Assembly (NCBI RefSeq): GCF_006345805.1
Contig: NC_042999.1
Location: forward strand, 43,090,001 to 43,154,000
Origin: Octopus sinensis
Taxonomy: Eukaryota
DNA: 64,000 nucleotides
Reading direction: 5' to 3'
Positions within the stretch are counted from its first letter, which is position 1; each line of letters starts with the position of its first letter. This document shows, one piece after another, positions 40,719 to 53,819 of the stretch. Both the position numbers and the translations under genes were made by a program. The notes below the pieces were generated by a model that had not been told where the DNA came from, made no database searches, and saw nothing but the letters and a program-made list of their open reading frames with translations.

Positions 40719-41294
40719 TACACATATTAACCACTTCCCTAATACTATAACCGTGTGTACGTTAGTTTAACAGTTCAACGCTCGATCAATCTGCTATCAC
40801 TGTTCGCTATCTTAACTATATCGATAGCCAGGGAACATGAATGTGTCAAAACATATATATGGAAGAATTATATACATCGATAATTCTATAATAGCAGCCC
40901 GGTTCCCAACGAGCTACGTCTGGCCACTTTCTTGTCCTGACCATCGATCTGCTTCGTTAACGCTTATACACAGCAAGATTAAGCAACGTGCTATAAGACC
41001 CTTGAAGTTAGTGAACGCATAAACGGTTTTTTTATTTCTTTGTTGGTTTGCATGCTCCCCACCTTCTTTCTAACTTACATAAAATACACATAACTTTTCC
41101 AAAAGCCACGTGTTTCATTCGAATTATTTCTACCAGAATTATTAACAAAATAACAGTGTTTCTCACATAGACATTTAGGTTTATCTATCACTCTTTGCAA
41201 AGGAAGTTGTCCACCTCATTCATGGTGACTGTCGCTCTAATTAGATGTTTAACGTTAGATTAAATGATTGCACACATCACTAATCACACGTAGC

Positions 41295-41430
41295 ATATAA
41301 TTATGGACCAGAATCTACTTCCAACTGGCAGACAATGGAGATCAAGAACAACTGACAAACTGTGGTCAGAAATTGAACCGTATTGATCTGGAACGTTACT
41401 TTTATTCCTGGCGGTTAACTGGACTGTCGA
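41295..41430 (-). mobile_element. Possible L2/CR1-group LINE remnant
   Basis: DHSLSVVLDLHCLPVGSRF has the spacing of the L2 motif DH-x7-LHWLPV-xx-R. The match is short and could be chance. Confidence 0.3.
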
Positions 41431-42323
41431 GAAAAACAACGAAACATCAGAAGCAAAATTAACATACGGACGGAAAGTCCAATACTTTTTATTATTAGGA
41501 ACATGTCTTTCTTAAATATATAACGTGAATGAGGTATTCTTAAATGACAATTGAGGGGTAAATCTATATTGCTGACAACGGATTTCAGTTTGGAAAGTCA
41601 CAGCCAGGAATTAAACAACATCTTGAGAATTGGGTAAATGGTAACATTCGATGCTTTAACCATCAAGAATCAATATACAACAAAAACACATATGTAAATA
41701 TACCTAAAATATGTTGTGTGTGTGTGTGTGTGTGTACATGTGTAGGCGCAGTTGTGGCTGTATGGTAAGATGCTTACTTCTAAACCACATGGTTCCAGGT
41801 TCAGTTCCACCATGTGGTACCTTGGGCAAGTGACTCCTACTGTAACCTAGGGCCAACTGGAGCTTTGTGAGTGAATTTGGTAGATCGAAACTGAAAAGAA
41901 AGCTGTTGTGGGTTTGTGTTGATCACTCACCGCCACTTGACAACTGGTATTGGTGTATATATATAAATCTGTAACTTAGCAGTTCAGTAAATGAGACCAA
42001 TTAATTCATTTGTCTAAAAAAATACTTGAAGGAGTTGCCTGAGCATGGCAACAGTCTAATGCCTGAAACAAGCATGCTATATTATATTCTTGTATTAATC
42101 TTATGCCAAGAGGAGCTCTCCATGGGTATGCCAGCCCTGGAATATCCCCTACTATAGGATAACATGTAGCTAATTAACTCTTAAATGCACTTGGGAGATT
42201 TTAAACACAAACTATACGATATAGTCCATAGGACTAAGCCCTTTATGAATGTGAAACCATTGCTTACTCTATGGCTGAACATAGACTTTGCATGTAAATA
42301 CATTACTGCTCTATGCTTTAGAG

Positions 42324-43322
42324 CAGTGTTTCTCAACCTTTTCACCCTTGTGTAAACTTTAAGATAAATCACATGTCTCAAGGAACCTCTGCACAAAAAA
42401 TTATAAACCATATCTTTCTCGTGTTTTTGCATCATAGTTCATGTGGTAAATATCATACATATGTATGTACATATGTATGTATGTATGTATGCATGTGTGT
42501 GTGTACTCTTTACTTGTTTCAATCAATTAACTGTGGCCATGCTGGAGCACCGCCTTTAGTCGAGCAAATCGACCCCAGGACTTGTTCTTTGTAAGACTAG
42601 TACTTATTCTATTGGTCTCTTTTGCCAAACCGCTAAGCTAAGTGCTGTTGAGGGGACAAATACAGATACAAACACACACATACACATCATCATCATCATC
42701 GTTTAACATCTGCTTTCCATGCTAGCATGGGTTGGACGGTTCAACTGGGGTCTGGGAAGCCAGAAGGCTGCACCAGGCCCAGTCTGATCTGGCAGTGTTT
42801 CTACAGCTGGATGCCCTTCCTAACGCCAACCACTCCGTGAGTGTAGTGGGTGCTTTTTACAAGCCACCGGCACAAGTGCCAGATGAGGCTGGCAACAGCC
42901 ACGATCGGATGGTGTTTTTTACATGCCACCGGCACGGAGGCCAGTCGGGGCGGTGCTGTCAAAGACCACGTTTGGATGGTTCTCTTACATGCCACCGGCA
43001 CTGGTATCACAACCACAATTTCCATTGATTTTGATCGATTTCGATTTCACTTGCCTCAACAGGTCTTCACCATATATACGATGGGCTTCTTTCAGTTTCC
43101 GTCTACCAAATCCACTCACAAGGCTTTGGTCGGCCCGAGGCTATAGTAGAAGACACTTGCCCAAGGTGCCACACAGTGGGACTGAACCCAGAACCATGTG
43201 GTTGGTAAGCAAGCTACTTACCACACAGCCACTCCATAAATTATATCATGAAATTAGCATATCTCATTCTTTCTCGCAGAACCCCTAGGAACCTTTCGCG
43301 GAAACAGGGTTGAGAAATACTG
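42324..43322. mobile_element. hAT (Charlie-like) MITE interrupted by nested SINEs
   Basis: TIRs CAGTGTTTCTCAACC and GGTTGAGAAATACTG. 8-bp TSD CTTTAGAG / CTTCAGAG. Confidence 0.85.
42686..43066 (-). mobile_element. SINE-like family B with (GAT)n tail
   Basis: Conserved block tggttggcgttaggaagggcatccagc and 3' end gcatggaaagcggacgttaaacgatgatgat. Other, mostly 5'-truncated copies at 1-30, 627-770, 3847-3990, 5135-5445, 6880-7080, 19020-19200, 21835-22005, 52130-52420 and 61680-61945. Confidence 0.8.
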
Positions 43323-44496
43323 CTTCAGAGCGTGCTTCTTTTGCAGATATATAATACATTGACAATACACAAGCACACATGTATGTGTAGTATGGCCAAA
43401 TAGTTAATAATCTAGCTCCGAACAAGTTCTAAAACTCAACCTTGTAATACAAGTTAAGTGTGAGCAGGATAGCTAAAATCTAAAAACAGTTATATGTGTG
43501 AGTGTAGGTGTAGTATCTGTATATAGCTGTAACACATATATGTTCAGTTGCATTAAGAAATACATATATATATAGAGGTGACAGTGTTTGCTATTCCAAC
43601 CCTTATAGGAAAATTCACATAACCATATTGAAAATTCTTCAATTCTTTTCCCCTCGTCCATTTGTTCAATCACATTCACTAACTCACATTATCATTTGTT
43701 GCAAGGGTTAAATGCTTTATCTTAATTAATTTATGTTATTATCCCAAACAATTAAGCATTAAGAAAGCTAGTCACTGCCATAGCCAACAACTAAAGCAGA
43801 CTTGTTTCTCAAATTAGCCTAACTTGACCCTGAAAATTAGGGACATAACTAAAAGTTCTCTCTCTCTCTCTCTCTCTCTCTCTCCCACTCTCTCGTGACA
43901 AATAAAAGCTGACAAAAGATCTTCTTAGGAGATTACATCTTGATCCTTTTTTCATTGATGGAATTCATGAATAAATTAAAATCCATTAGCAAGTGACGAG
44001 AAATTGTTTGTACATTATTAACTAATCACTGAATGCAGAGTCACTACCAGTGTCACTTATAGTAGTTATGGGGGGTTTTTTTTGGGGTTTTTTTATTTTT
44101 CGTCAATTTTTGTTTTTGTTTTTTTAACCATGAAATGGCTGTAGAGAACAGTTGAAGGGCAGCTTGGAGTTAACTGTTCAAATCTCACAGGAATTTTTGT
44201 CTTTACATTTCTCTGATGCAGACAGTATAAGAGCAAAAAATGTATTAAGGTGGTAACTGGTTCCAAGGCCAGCAGTTGTGATCTGTTATCTATATTGCGT
44301 TGGTCCACCTACTCAGGGTGATACATTCAATGTTGTAAACAATACCAGTACTAATGAAGTAATGGTGGAGCTTTTAAGCTGTTACTTTGCTCACTGAAAA
44401 TTACTATTTATATTTTGTGTGCGTGTGTGTGTATGCAGAGAGAGAGAAGGAGGATCAGGAATAATATATAAGCACAATATTGAACTGCTAAGATAT

Positions 44497-44898
44497 ACTC
44501 TTTACTCTTTTACTTGTTTCAGTCATTTGACTGCGGCCATGCTGGAGCACCGCCTTTAATCGAGCAACTCGACCCCAGGACTTATTCTTTTGTAAGCCCA
44601 GTACTTATTCTATCGGTCTCTTTTTGCCGAACCGCTAAGTAACAGGGACATAAACACACCAGCATCGGTTGTCAAGCAATGCTAGGGGGACAAACAGACA
44701 CACTAACACACACACGCGCATATATATACATATATATATATATACATATATACGATGGGTTTCTTTCAGTTTCCGTCTACCAAATCCACTCACAAGGCTT
44801 TGGTCGGCCCGAGGCTATAGTAGAAGACACTTGCCCAAGGTGCCACGCAGTTGGGACTGAACCCGGAACCATGTGGTTGGTAAACAAGCTACTTACCA
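44497..44898 (-). mobile_element. SINE family A (tRNA-like head, CORE-like domain, internal microsatellite), best-preserved copy
   Basis: Head ggcacaggagtggctgtgtggtaag...ggttcagtccc, CORE-like gcaccttgggcaagtgtctt, and tail aacaagtaaaagagtaaaagagt. Possibly one of the described octopus OR-type CORE-SINEs, which I have not verified. Confidence 0.88.
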
Positions 44899-45469
44899 CA
44901 CAGCCACTCCTGTGCCTATATATATGTTTTTTTTTATTTATAAATTGTTTTTGCTTAAAGTTATTTTATATTTCTGCAAATCACCTAGGCCATGTGTTTT
45001 AGGCTTTGTATATGTCTATTGTCTGCCGAAGATAGGATAAGACAATGAGGCAGAAGCATGTATCCACAACTGTCTTCTTGGCTCCAGACAAGCCGGTTCT
45101 TTCCTTCTTGAGATTGTCTCCCCTTCTCATATAGAGCCGAGCATAATTGCCAGCTGCCTCTAGTGGACATGGATTATTTAAATAAATCAAGAATTTGTTG
45201 TATGGTATTCCATTTTCCTGTATTTACCTGTGGTTCATATACATGCCACCAGTTACTCAGTTATTTTTTCTTAGCTTATTTTTTGTTTAAGATATGTGTG
45301 TGTGTAAATAAATATATATATATATACACACACACACACATGCAGGGCATCTGCATCTCCGATAGTTAAAAGAAGTTCACCTTGCAACCAAGGCTTGACC
45401 TTACTGTGTGATGTTGTGGGCAAGTGTCTCCTGCCTTGTGGGTGCAATCTGTTGGGCAGAAATTCTGGA

Positions 45470-45500
<31 letters not shown>

Positions 45501-46111
45501 CATGTCAGTCCATATTCTATGGTTACATCAAATAAAAGTGTTGTTTATGCTGTGCACCTTTACATGCAATACTTAGCAGTTTGACAAATGGAGGTTAATA
45601 AAATAAGCACTTGAATAAAATGATTTACTGGGTTCAAGGATGATCACATAAAAAAATTTTTTTTTTTTAAACCCTAATCCTCTAGTATTAAAATCTTTAA
45701 GTTTGATCATTAAACAAGATTCAGTATGAATTAAATATGAAGAAGGAAAAAGGAACAAAACTTATAAAAGCATTTCTGAAAACTGAAATTTTCATCACGT
45801 CAACTTTTGTACTGGGTTTATTTTTTTTCTTTACCATTTAACCGCTAAGTAGCAAGCAATGAACAGATAAAATCAATAGTGAAACAGGAAAAATAAAAAA
45901 TTCAAAATAACTTCTTGACTTTAAAATGGAAAGAATACAAGCATTTATACATACATACATACAGCATATATACATGCAGATACACACATCTCTCCCCCAC
46001 CATCACTTTTCTATAATAAAAGTTCATTTTTAGCATATGGTAAAAGATTTTGTTGTTTCTCATTCTCCTTCAAATTACAAGATGATGATGATAATAATAA
46101 TAATAATAATA

Positions 46112-46658
46112 ATAATAATATGCCCTGATGCAGTACCAGACAGTGGCTCTCATGGCTTCTGATCTTAACTGATTAGATGTGTTACCATGTACATTATTTT
46201 GTCTTGGTATAAAAGATGGGCTACAGCAAATATTCTGCTCAATACCACAGATTTGCTTGTCAGTTGTTTGACCTTAACCAGTCAACCATGCCCCTTAGTG
46301 GCTGATGATATGTGCATCTCTGACCATGAGCAGAAGTAGTGGGAGAGCATCATAGCCATGTGTTGAAAGGAATTCTTAGAGATTTGGATAATTCACCTTT
46401 GGAAACATGTGTGGTTCATTCAACATCCTTAAACAATCTTTATTCAGGGACCTTTTGAGCGGGATGGGTTACTCGACCAGAAGAAAATTCTAACTGGGCC
46501 CCCACCTGCAAGGTCATGTGCTGTTTACCTTGATATGAAATCACCTTATGGTTGTGATGCATGTGCCTAGTGTACCCTTATCAGACAGGTAGTCATGATG
46601 GGTATACTGGGCTTCATATATTTTACCCCAGTGTCACTTTGATGGCATGCACTGCTCT
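46112..46658 (+). mobile_element. Unclassified ~550-bp interspersed repeat flanked by (AAT)n
   Basis: Partial copies at ~155-245 and ~26890-27060. The (AAT)n ends suggest a retroposon. Confidence 0.6.
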
Positions 46659-48081
46659 CTCACTCAATAATAATAATAATAAAGCTGGACTCTCCTGTTG
46701 GAGACAATGCATGAGTGTTCAGCTTTTGCTGAATGATCTGCACAAATGTTTATAGTGATCAAATCACATTGTTAGCTCACTCTCTCCATCAAATCAATGT
46801 TGTCTGAACAGATGCACTGTGTAACATGCATCAGGCGTCGAAGTAATCACAGTGCAATGTAAAAGCGTTTTGCTCAAGAACACAATGTGGTCTAGGAATT
46901 GAAATCACAATCAAGTGATCATGAGTGCAACACCCTAACCACTAAGCCATGTATCGTCAGTTACGATATATGATGTGTGTGTGTGTGTGTGAGAGAGAGA
47001 CAATATATCACAGTATCAAATCATCAATGTCGTAAATGTTGGGTTCAAATTTTGTTGGGATCAATTTTTTTCCCTTTCATCTTTCAGATGTTGATAAAAT
47101 AAAGGAGCAGTCAAGTACTGGGAGTGATTTAATTGATTATGCATCTTCAAATTGGCTTTGTGCCAATGTAAGAAATTATCATTATTAATTACTAATTAAG
47201 CAGTAGTAATTATAAATAATTTGACTAAATAACTTTCATAGTTTTCTTTTTCTACATTTTCAGTTCAAAACAAAAGGAGGTCAACTTTACCTTCCATCTT
47301 TCTGAATTTGTAGCTGATTAACACCAGATCATTCCAGGGGTTAATGGAGTAGGCTCATGATCAAAAAAGCATTCCAACCATGACTGACTCCTCTTTTATT
47401 CAGACAATATAGCAATGACCATACTATTCTCTTTTAAGATGCTAGAAAATTACTTTGAAGAGGTTTAACTTATTTCTAACATAAAATTTACTATATAAAA
47501 GTCTCCTTTTACTGCTGGAATTCATTAAAAAAGCAGCACTCATGTAGCTCATTCATCAATTCTAGCTAGTTGTTAAGCAGTGAGGTGGGATAAGCACACA
47601 CACACACACACGACAGGCTTCCACACAGTTTCCATCTACCAAATCCACTTACACAGTATTGGTCAACCTGGAGCTTTAATAGAAGACACATGCCCCATGT
47701 GCCAGACAATAGGACTAAACCTGAAACTACAGAGTTGCAAAGCAAGCTTCTTAACTACACAGCTAAGCCTGTGTTTGTAAGCCATGGATTTTTTTCATTT
47801 GTTTTGTTGTTTTAAGTGTGCATTTAATACAGGAATATGAAGTTGAAACTGCGAGTTTAAATTGCCAACCATCTCAACCAACAAATATGAAAACTCAACA
47901 CCCCCCCCACCACCACCAACTAGGGTAACAAAAAAAAAAACCCCAGAAAAACAAGGCCATTCTAATGAGCATAAGAGTTTCAGTGTTCTTCAAGGCAGGA
48001 AAAGCAAGGAACAAGACAATTTACGATGAACATGGAATTATAAATTAGAACACGAAAAAAAAAAAAAAAGAAAAGACTTAC

Positions 48082-48233
48082 TATTGATTACTATTGGAGT
48101 TTGCTTGAGCTGTCTGATTACCGGCCAGCATCTGTAATTGATGGTAAGGGTGGTATGGCGTTTTACGTAGGGCCTGGAGCAGGTTGGGTCGATAATCAGG
48201 ATCAATGCACCAGAGAGAACCCTTGCCAATACT
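48082..48233 (-). CDS. FoxN2/3: Internal coding exon of forkhead box N2/3 (C-terminal wing of the forkhead domain plus downstream residues)
   Basis: Minus strand reads gtttctgttctctttccttttcAG|AGT ATT GGC...AAT CAA TA|GTAAGT. The exon is 152 bp, phase 0 to phase 2. It translates to [50 protein letters not shown], which matches the FOXN2/FOXN3 signature [25 protein letters not shown]. No other exons of the gene were identified in the window. Confidence 0.93.
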
Positions 48234-48800
48234 CTGAAAAGGAAAGAGAACAGAAACTATTTAATAACAGTAAATCTGTAGTAATAATTGGTTAAGATAA
48301 TTATCAAACAGTTGTTGTTGCTGTTGGTGGTGGTGCTGTTTATCTAAGGCTATGATCAATGGGATTGGAACCATTATCATCCCATGTTTCATGCTGTCTT
48401 GTATCAAAGTGTATGTTATTCATTTTTAAAGGCAATATATATGATTGAGGGAGCTTTGGCTGCTACATCTAGCAGATTGTGTGTGTGTGTGTGTGTGAGT
48501 GAGAGAGAGAGAGAGAGAGATTTAATCAATTCATAGACCAGACTGGCACCCTTTCTCATTTTTTCAAATAAGACCACCCTGAAGGATTGCTTAGAAGCAC
48601 AAGGCAATGATATATAAGTCTGCTGGTTTATTGTGTTTCCACAGCATGAAACTAATAGTAGCTCATATTTAAGTACTGAGTACATTAAATGATATTCATT
48701 TCTCACTGGATGAGTACTCTATTTATTTATTCATTTTTGGTGATCCTACCAATAACAGAACAATATACTATATACAAGTGGCTTTGGGGTAAAAGAAAAT

Positions 48801-48975
48801 ACAAGAGGATCAATTAACTATGATTTTATTCAACATATTCCCCTTTCAGATTCACACACTTATTCCGATAGTCCTTCAGTTTTTCTAAAGTTTGTAAAAG
48901 AACTCGAAAAGTTGGACCTCTAACTAGGCCTTTCGCAATACCCTTTAAGCCAGGAACTTTTCAGCCCCTACTTGT
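48801..48975 (-). mobile_element. Short mariner remnant
   Basis: Minus strand encodes LEKLKDYRNKCVNLKGEYVE*, a mariner C-terminus. The ends resemble degenerate TIRs. Confidence 0.6.
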
Positions 48976-49706
48976 TTATATATGATGAATACAAAGGTGT
49001 GTGTAAAGATTATATAACCAAAGAAATACAATGTAGATTGATTTAATACATCTTATAATCGTCTCTGGTGTTGAGACAACCACTTCAGGGAAAGTAACAA
49101 CAAATCAAATTTTTGCTATTTGACTGTTTAAATAAAACCTATGAATAGCACAATCTATGCATATGTAAACAAGATTATATTTATATTAGCATGAACTCAC
49201 TGTCAGGGTAATTTTGGAGTGTTATATATCATATAGAGATCCAAATAAATAGTTAACATGCCATGCCTATAAGGATATTAATACTGAACTTGAGTGGGGG
49301 ATACATGTGTGTTTGTGAAGTGATTAAATGACACACTCATTAGAGGGTGGATAGATCACTTTGTGGTAATCATTCCCACTCCCTACACTCTGAGTTCAAA
49401 TCCCACTGAGGTCAACTTTACTTTTAATTCTTTCAGTATCAATTGGGCTCTGCCAGGTCCGAAAATGCCCAAGACAACTGTATGTCACAATGGCACCTAT
49501 ATGATTTCCATCAGGGAGTTAAGGAACCATGGCATGGTGTGTATAGGTGCAGGTATGGCTGTGTGCTAAGAGGTTTGTTTCCCAGCCACATGGTTCCAGG
49601 TTCAGTCCCACAGTGTAGCACCTTGAGCAAGTGTCTTCTGTCATAGCTGTGATCTGACCAAACCCTTGTGAGTGGATCTGGTAGACTGAAACTGAAAGAA
49701 GCTCAT

Positions 49707-49738
<32 letters not shown>

Positions 49739-49743
<5 letters not shown>

Positions 49744-50229
49744 GGTGCGATGGGTAAATTGTTGCCATTTAATATTTCAAATTTTGTGCATGCACATTGT
49801 TTGTCTTTGATTTTATCGACTACGCAGTATGGTAGGGTCAGTTGGACACCACCTGTGAAAGAAACAGCACCATGACACAATTCACTCCGCCAGAAATTTG
49901 GAAACGACATGCTGTACTGCTTGGCATTCACACTGGAAGCTCCAGTATGAACATTTCAGAGTGTCTGGGTGTCAATCTGAGGACATATACCAAGAGTGAT
50001 AAAAATCAAACATCCAGTCAACATCATGATGTTTGGAGTGATCACTAGTGGTGGCAACGTTATGCTTCCATTCATCTTCACACACAGCCTCACACTCAAC
50101 ACGAAGACCTACATCAAGTACCTGGAGGAGGTAATGCAGCCCTGGGGCAAGAGGGTGGTTGCTGGAAGACCTTATGCCTTGCAACAAGACTCTGCAACAT
50201 GCCACACAAGCAGGAGAACCTAGTCATGT
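49739..50229 (+). mobile_element. Deleted, truncated Tc1/mariner element of DD37D (maT-like) type
   Basis: TIR-like start GAGGGTGCGATGGGTAAATTG and an N-terminal fragment MTQFTPPEIWKRHAVLLGI. After an internal deletion it reads MMFGVITSGGNVMLPFIF...LNTKTYIKYLEEV..PW....GRPYALQQDSATCHTS. The subfamily call rests on motif resemblance only. Confidence 0.8.
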
Positions 50230-51831
50230 TAGGCAAGAGAGACCAACAGAATAAGTACCAAGCCTTAAGAAAAAAGAATCCTCAAGGCAGTGCCCCAGCA
50301 TGGCCAATCTAATGACTCAAACAAGCAAACAAAACAAATACACACACACACACACATTAAAATCCAGAAAATGGAGAAGCAGCATTGATATAATTTATCA
50401 ATTGGAAAAAATTCAACATGTTCACTTACAGCTGTTTTGATTTTGCCCAAAAGAATTAAATTCCAGTAATTATAACATTTTCATTGGGCAAAATCTCGTC
50501 AGAGGAGTAAAGAAGATATCACTAGGTTATTACATGTTATTCTTTCAAAGCATCTCGACAGACTCCCAGACTGACAGTTTATAAATTATATTAATGCCAC
50601 TTCTCCATTTTCTGGATTTTAATTTGAACATTCATAAACCAAGATTTATATTTAAATCTTGCAATCTTGCAAGCACCATCATCCGAGCGCCATGTGGGCG
50701 GGCCGGCGCCAGAAAGTGCGGCAAGTTAGGAATGTTACTATTCATAACAAAATAATAGGTAACAAACCAGTAATTCATGGGATATTTTCTATCCCTTAAG
50801 GTGGTTTATATTTATATTTATATATATATATATATATATAGCAGCTTTTTATAATGGCTTGGTGTTTATCAGATTAGCAAAAATGTAGAATCTCAGTAAT
50901 TATCTGACCCATTAATGACAAGTTAGTCAACTCCCTGGGAAGCAAATCTCAGTCAGTAAATAATGATGTCCTCAAAATCAGAGACATGCATTTGAAGTTG
51001 GAATTCTTAAAAACAGCATGTTCTCTCATTAAACAAGATAGAAATAGAGAGAAGAGAAAGTTATGTCTGGCAGAAATGTCAAGTAAATGCTATATTGGAC
51101 GAGGTCCTTTTGTTCTCAAAATGTAAAACAGGTGAGCTGATAGGGAGGGCTTATATTTACTCAACAACAAAATCACAGTGGGTAACATTACACATTTTTC
51201 ACCATTTCTAAAACCAATGGACACTGAACATCATCGTCAAAAAATGTTTAATATAGAATATTAATCCATGTTCAACATGAAACTAAATAAATTATTCAAC
51301 ATTTTGCAAAAAAAGAAAAAGAAAATTAATATAGATTTACAACAGCAACAACAAAATATAAATGAATGAATGAATAAAAGTTAATCAAATATCCTACAAG
51401 ATTTTAGAAAAATTTAATATTTATTAAATTTCTGCATGGACTGCAATATAGGATCAAATGCTAGCATTACTGTCTTTGAACAGATAATATTACTTTGGTT
51501 ATAAAATAAATATAAACTTCACATATGTTTCTTTTTCTTTTACCATATATTACGACCTGTTATTTCGCTATCTATCTCTCGCAAGTACGCATGTTTAACT
51601 GCATATTCATATACGCACAAACACACAGAGGAATTATGATTGATGCTAAAGTGTAGCAGGAAATGTAATACATGAAAGAATTTGTTACAAAGGTGGCCTG
51701 CAATATTTCAAGTAACAGCTTGAACAAAGTGGCAACATGCAATATCACTCACAGCAGAGCAGTTAAGTGGAATTTGATAACACACACGAGCCAATGAAAC
51801 TGAATCAAACTTATTACATTTTATTTATTTA

Positions 51832-51874
<43 letters not shown>

Positions 51875-51951
51875 ATAATAATATGAGGGAATATTATTCC
51901 AAACTTACAGGGATAAATTCAATTTAGAAATACTAAATCAAATTTCACAAA

Positions 51952-51989
<38 letters not shown>

Positions 51990-51995
<6 letters not shown>

Positions 51996-52110
51996 TTGGC
52001 ATCCTTTTTGTCTCGGGAGACAATGGAGTTGTGCATAAAATAGTCTAGTCCGGCTTTTACATTTCATGTCCTAATACATTTTCTGCTGTGGCTGTGTAGT
52101 CCTATCCTGG
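51990..52110 (+). mobile_element. Possible RTE 5'-UTR-like fragment
   Basis: Begins ggttggcatcctttttgtctcgggagacaatgg directly after a (TA)n tract. Resemblance only. Confidence 0.3.
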
Positions 52111-53819
52111 ACAAACACTCTCCTTGTCATTTAATGTCTATCTTCCACACTGGCATGGGTTGGATGGTTTGACAGGAGCCAGTCTGGTAGAAGACTACAC
52201 CAGGCTTCTGTGTCTGTTTTGGCATGGTTTTTACAGCTGAGTGCCCTTCCTAACACCAACCAACCCGCAGAGTGGAGTGAGTGCTATTTATGTGGCAACA
52301 GCATAGGTGAGATCAACTTTGGCAAGGTTTTTACAGCTGGATGCTTTTCCAAACGTCAACCACTTCACAGAGTGAACTGGATGCTTTTTATGTGGCACCA
52401 GCAGGGTCACCAAGTAACTTGTAAGACAAGGAAGTTTGAGAGGGGAGGGGGCATTACAAGAGGTGGAAACTAAAAGTTTGTCATATGTGTGTGTATTTAT
52501 CCATTATTCATTTCATCCTCAAATAAAGTTTTAGGTTTTGGTTAACAAAAGGTTGATTGTTAAATTTATTGACAATATTTTAAGTTTACAATTCAAAATG
52601 ATCACCCTATGCTTTCACCATAGTCCTTAATCTTTTCTCAGCTAAAGCTTGAATAAAGGGTAAATGTACACACCACGCCTGGTGTGCACACACACATACA
52701 CACATCTTTTTCCCAGGTTGGGGAAAATATCACTTCACTTGGAAACAAGTAAGATTTGGCAACAGGGAGTGCATCAGACCAAGAAAAGAGGAAGAAAAAG
52801 ATCAAGACTGCCATACAAAGACATGTTGTAAGCTGATCTCGGGGTGTTGATCCTTATAAAGGAGATGATAAATAAACACAAGTGGGAGAGGACCTGTCCA
52901 ACCTAGCAAGCATGGAAAATTGTAAAATGATGATGTCAGTGATGGTGATGAGTGCGCGTCTACCAGCAGAGGAAACCTCTACGTAGTCACTTGTCCTACT
53001 AGAAATAGTAACCGAATTTTCTCAAGAAATACTAATGTCTTAAAATATAAAATAAAAAAAAGAAAAAACATTGTAGCTTTTGATAATCAAAAAGGTGAGA
53101 TGGTCACAGCTGGAATGATAGCTTGATCAAACAAGGCTCAAGACCTAAAACAATAACCAACAGTAATAATGTATTTCCGCTCTGATGAAACTGTTTTCAA
53201 AACACCTGCATTTCCTTTTCCACAAATCACAGTCTTAACAAGAGGACAGGATTTCTATCTACTTTATCATCACATCTAACTCACATTTGCACAGTTTAGG
53301 GCTCATGTTTTCAGAGATATATTTAGATTTTAACTACAAATCCAGCAACAATATGCAATTTTAAACATCGTAAATCTCTATTAAGCACTACTTGCCTTCA
53401 ACACATTATAAAGCCGTCACAAGCTCACTACTAACTAGATGGATTTATTTTTGGATGATGTTAATAAAAGATACTTTAAAGGAGAGGATAATGATAAATG
53501 TGGATAACTAAAACATCATCTTGCCAAATAGTACTGACATGTGAAAATGAAAATTAAAAAGACAGCACTTCCAAAATTGAACTCTTTTCATAACCATCAT
53601 CCTCATCGTCATCGTTATGCCAACTTTTTCCATGCTGGTACAGGATGGATTAGATTTATTAAGGTAGTACACTACCTTAATAAAACTTGGTTTTACAGGT
53701 AAGATATTTTTTTATTCACTGGTTTTCACATCAAAATCACAAGTTACTGGACACTGTTTATGGGAAGGATGTAAACAAACATCACTGCTACATAAGTGAC
53801 ATCAATGTAAAGATGCATA

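Noticed and set aside
40940-41005. STLLNLAV on the minus strand as the FoxN2/3 terminal motif
   Set aside because: The open frame is only ~16 codons, lacks the acidic context and the conserved Gly, and is likely chance.
42373-43288. Recurrent ORFs such as [28 protein letters not shown] and QSDLAVFLQLDALPNANH
   Set aside because: They are translations of SINE families A and B, repeated throughout the window.
44999-45190. EAAG... segment as the FoxN C-terminal motif or a TPR exon
   Set aside because: The following residues (NYARLY) do not fit the LL.LAG motif and there is no convincing donor.
51060-51090. AGACATAAC (RHN) as the missing forkhead exon
   Set aside because: The flanks do not encode NSV-RHN-LSLNKCF.
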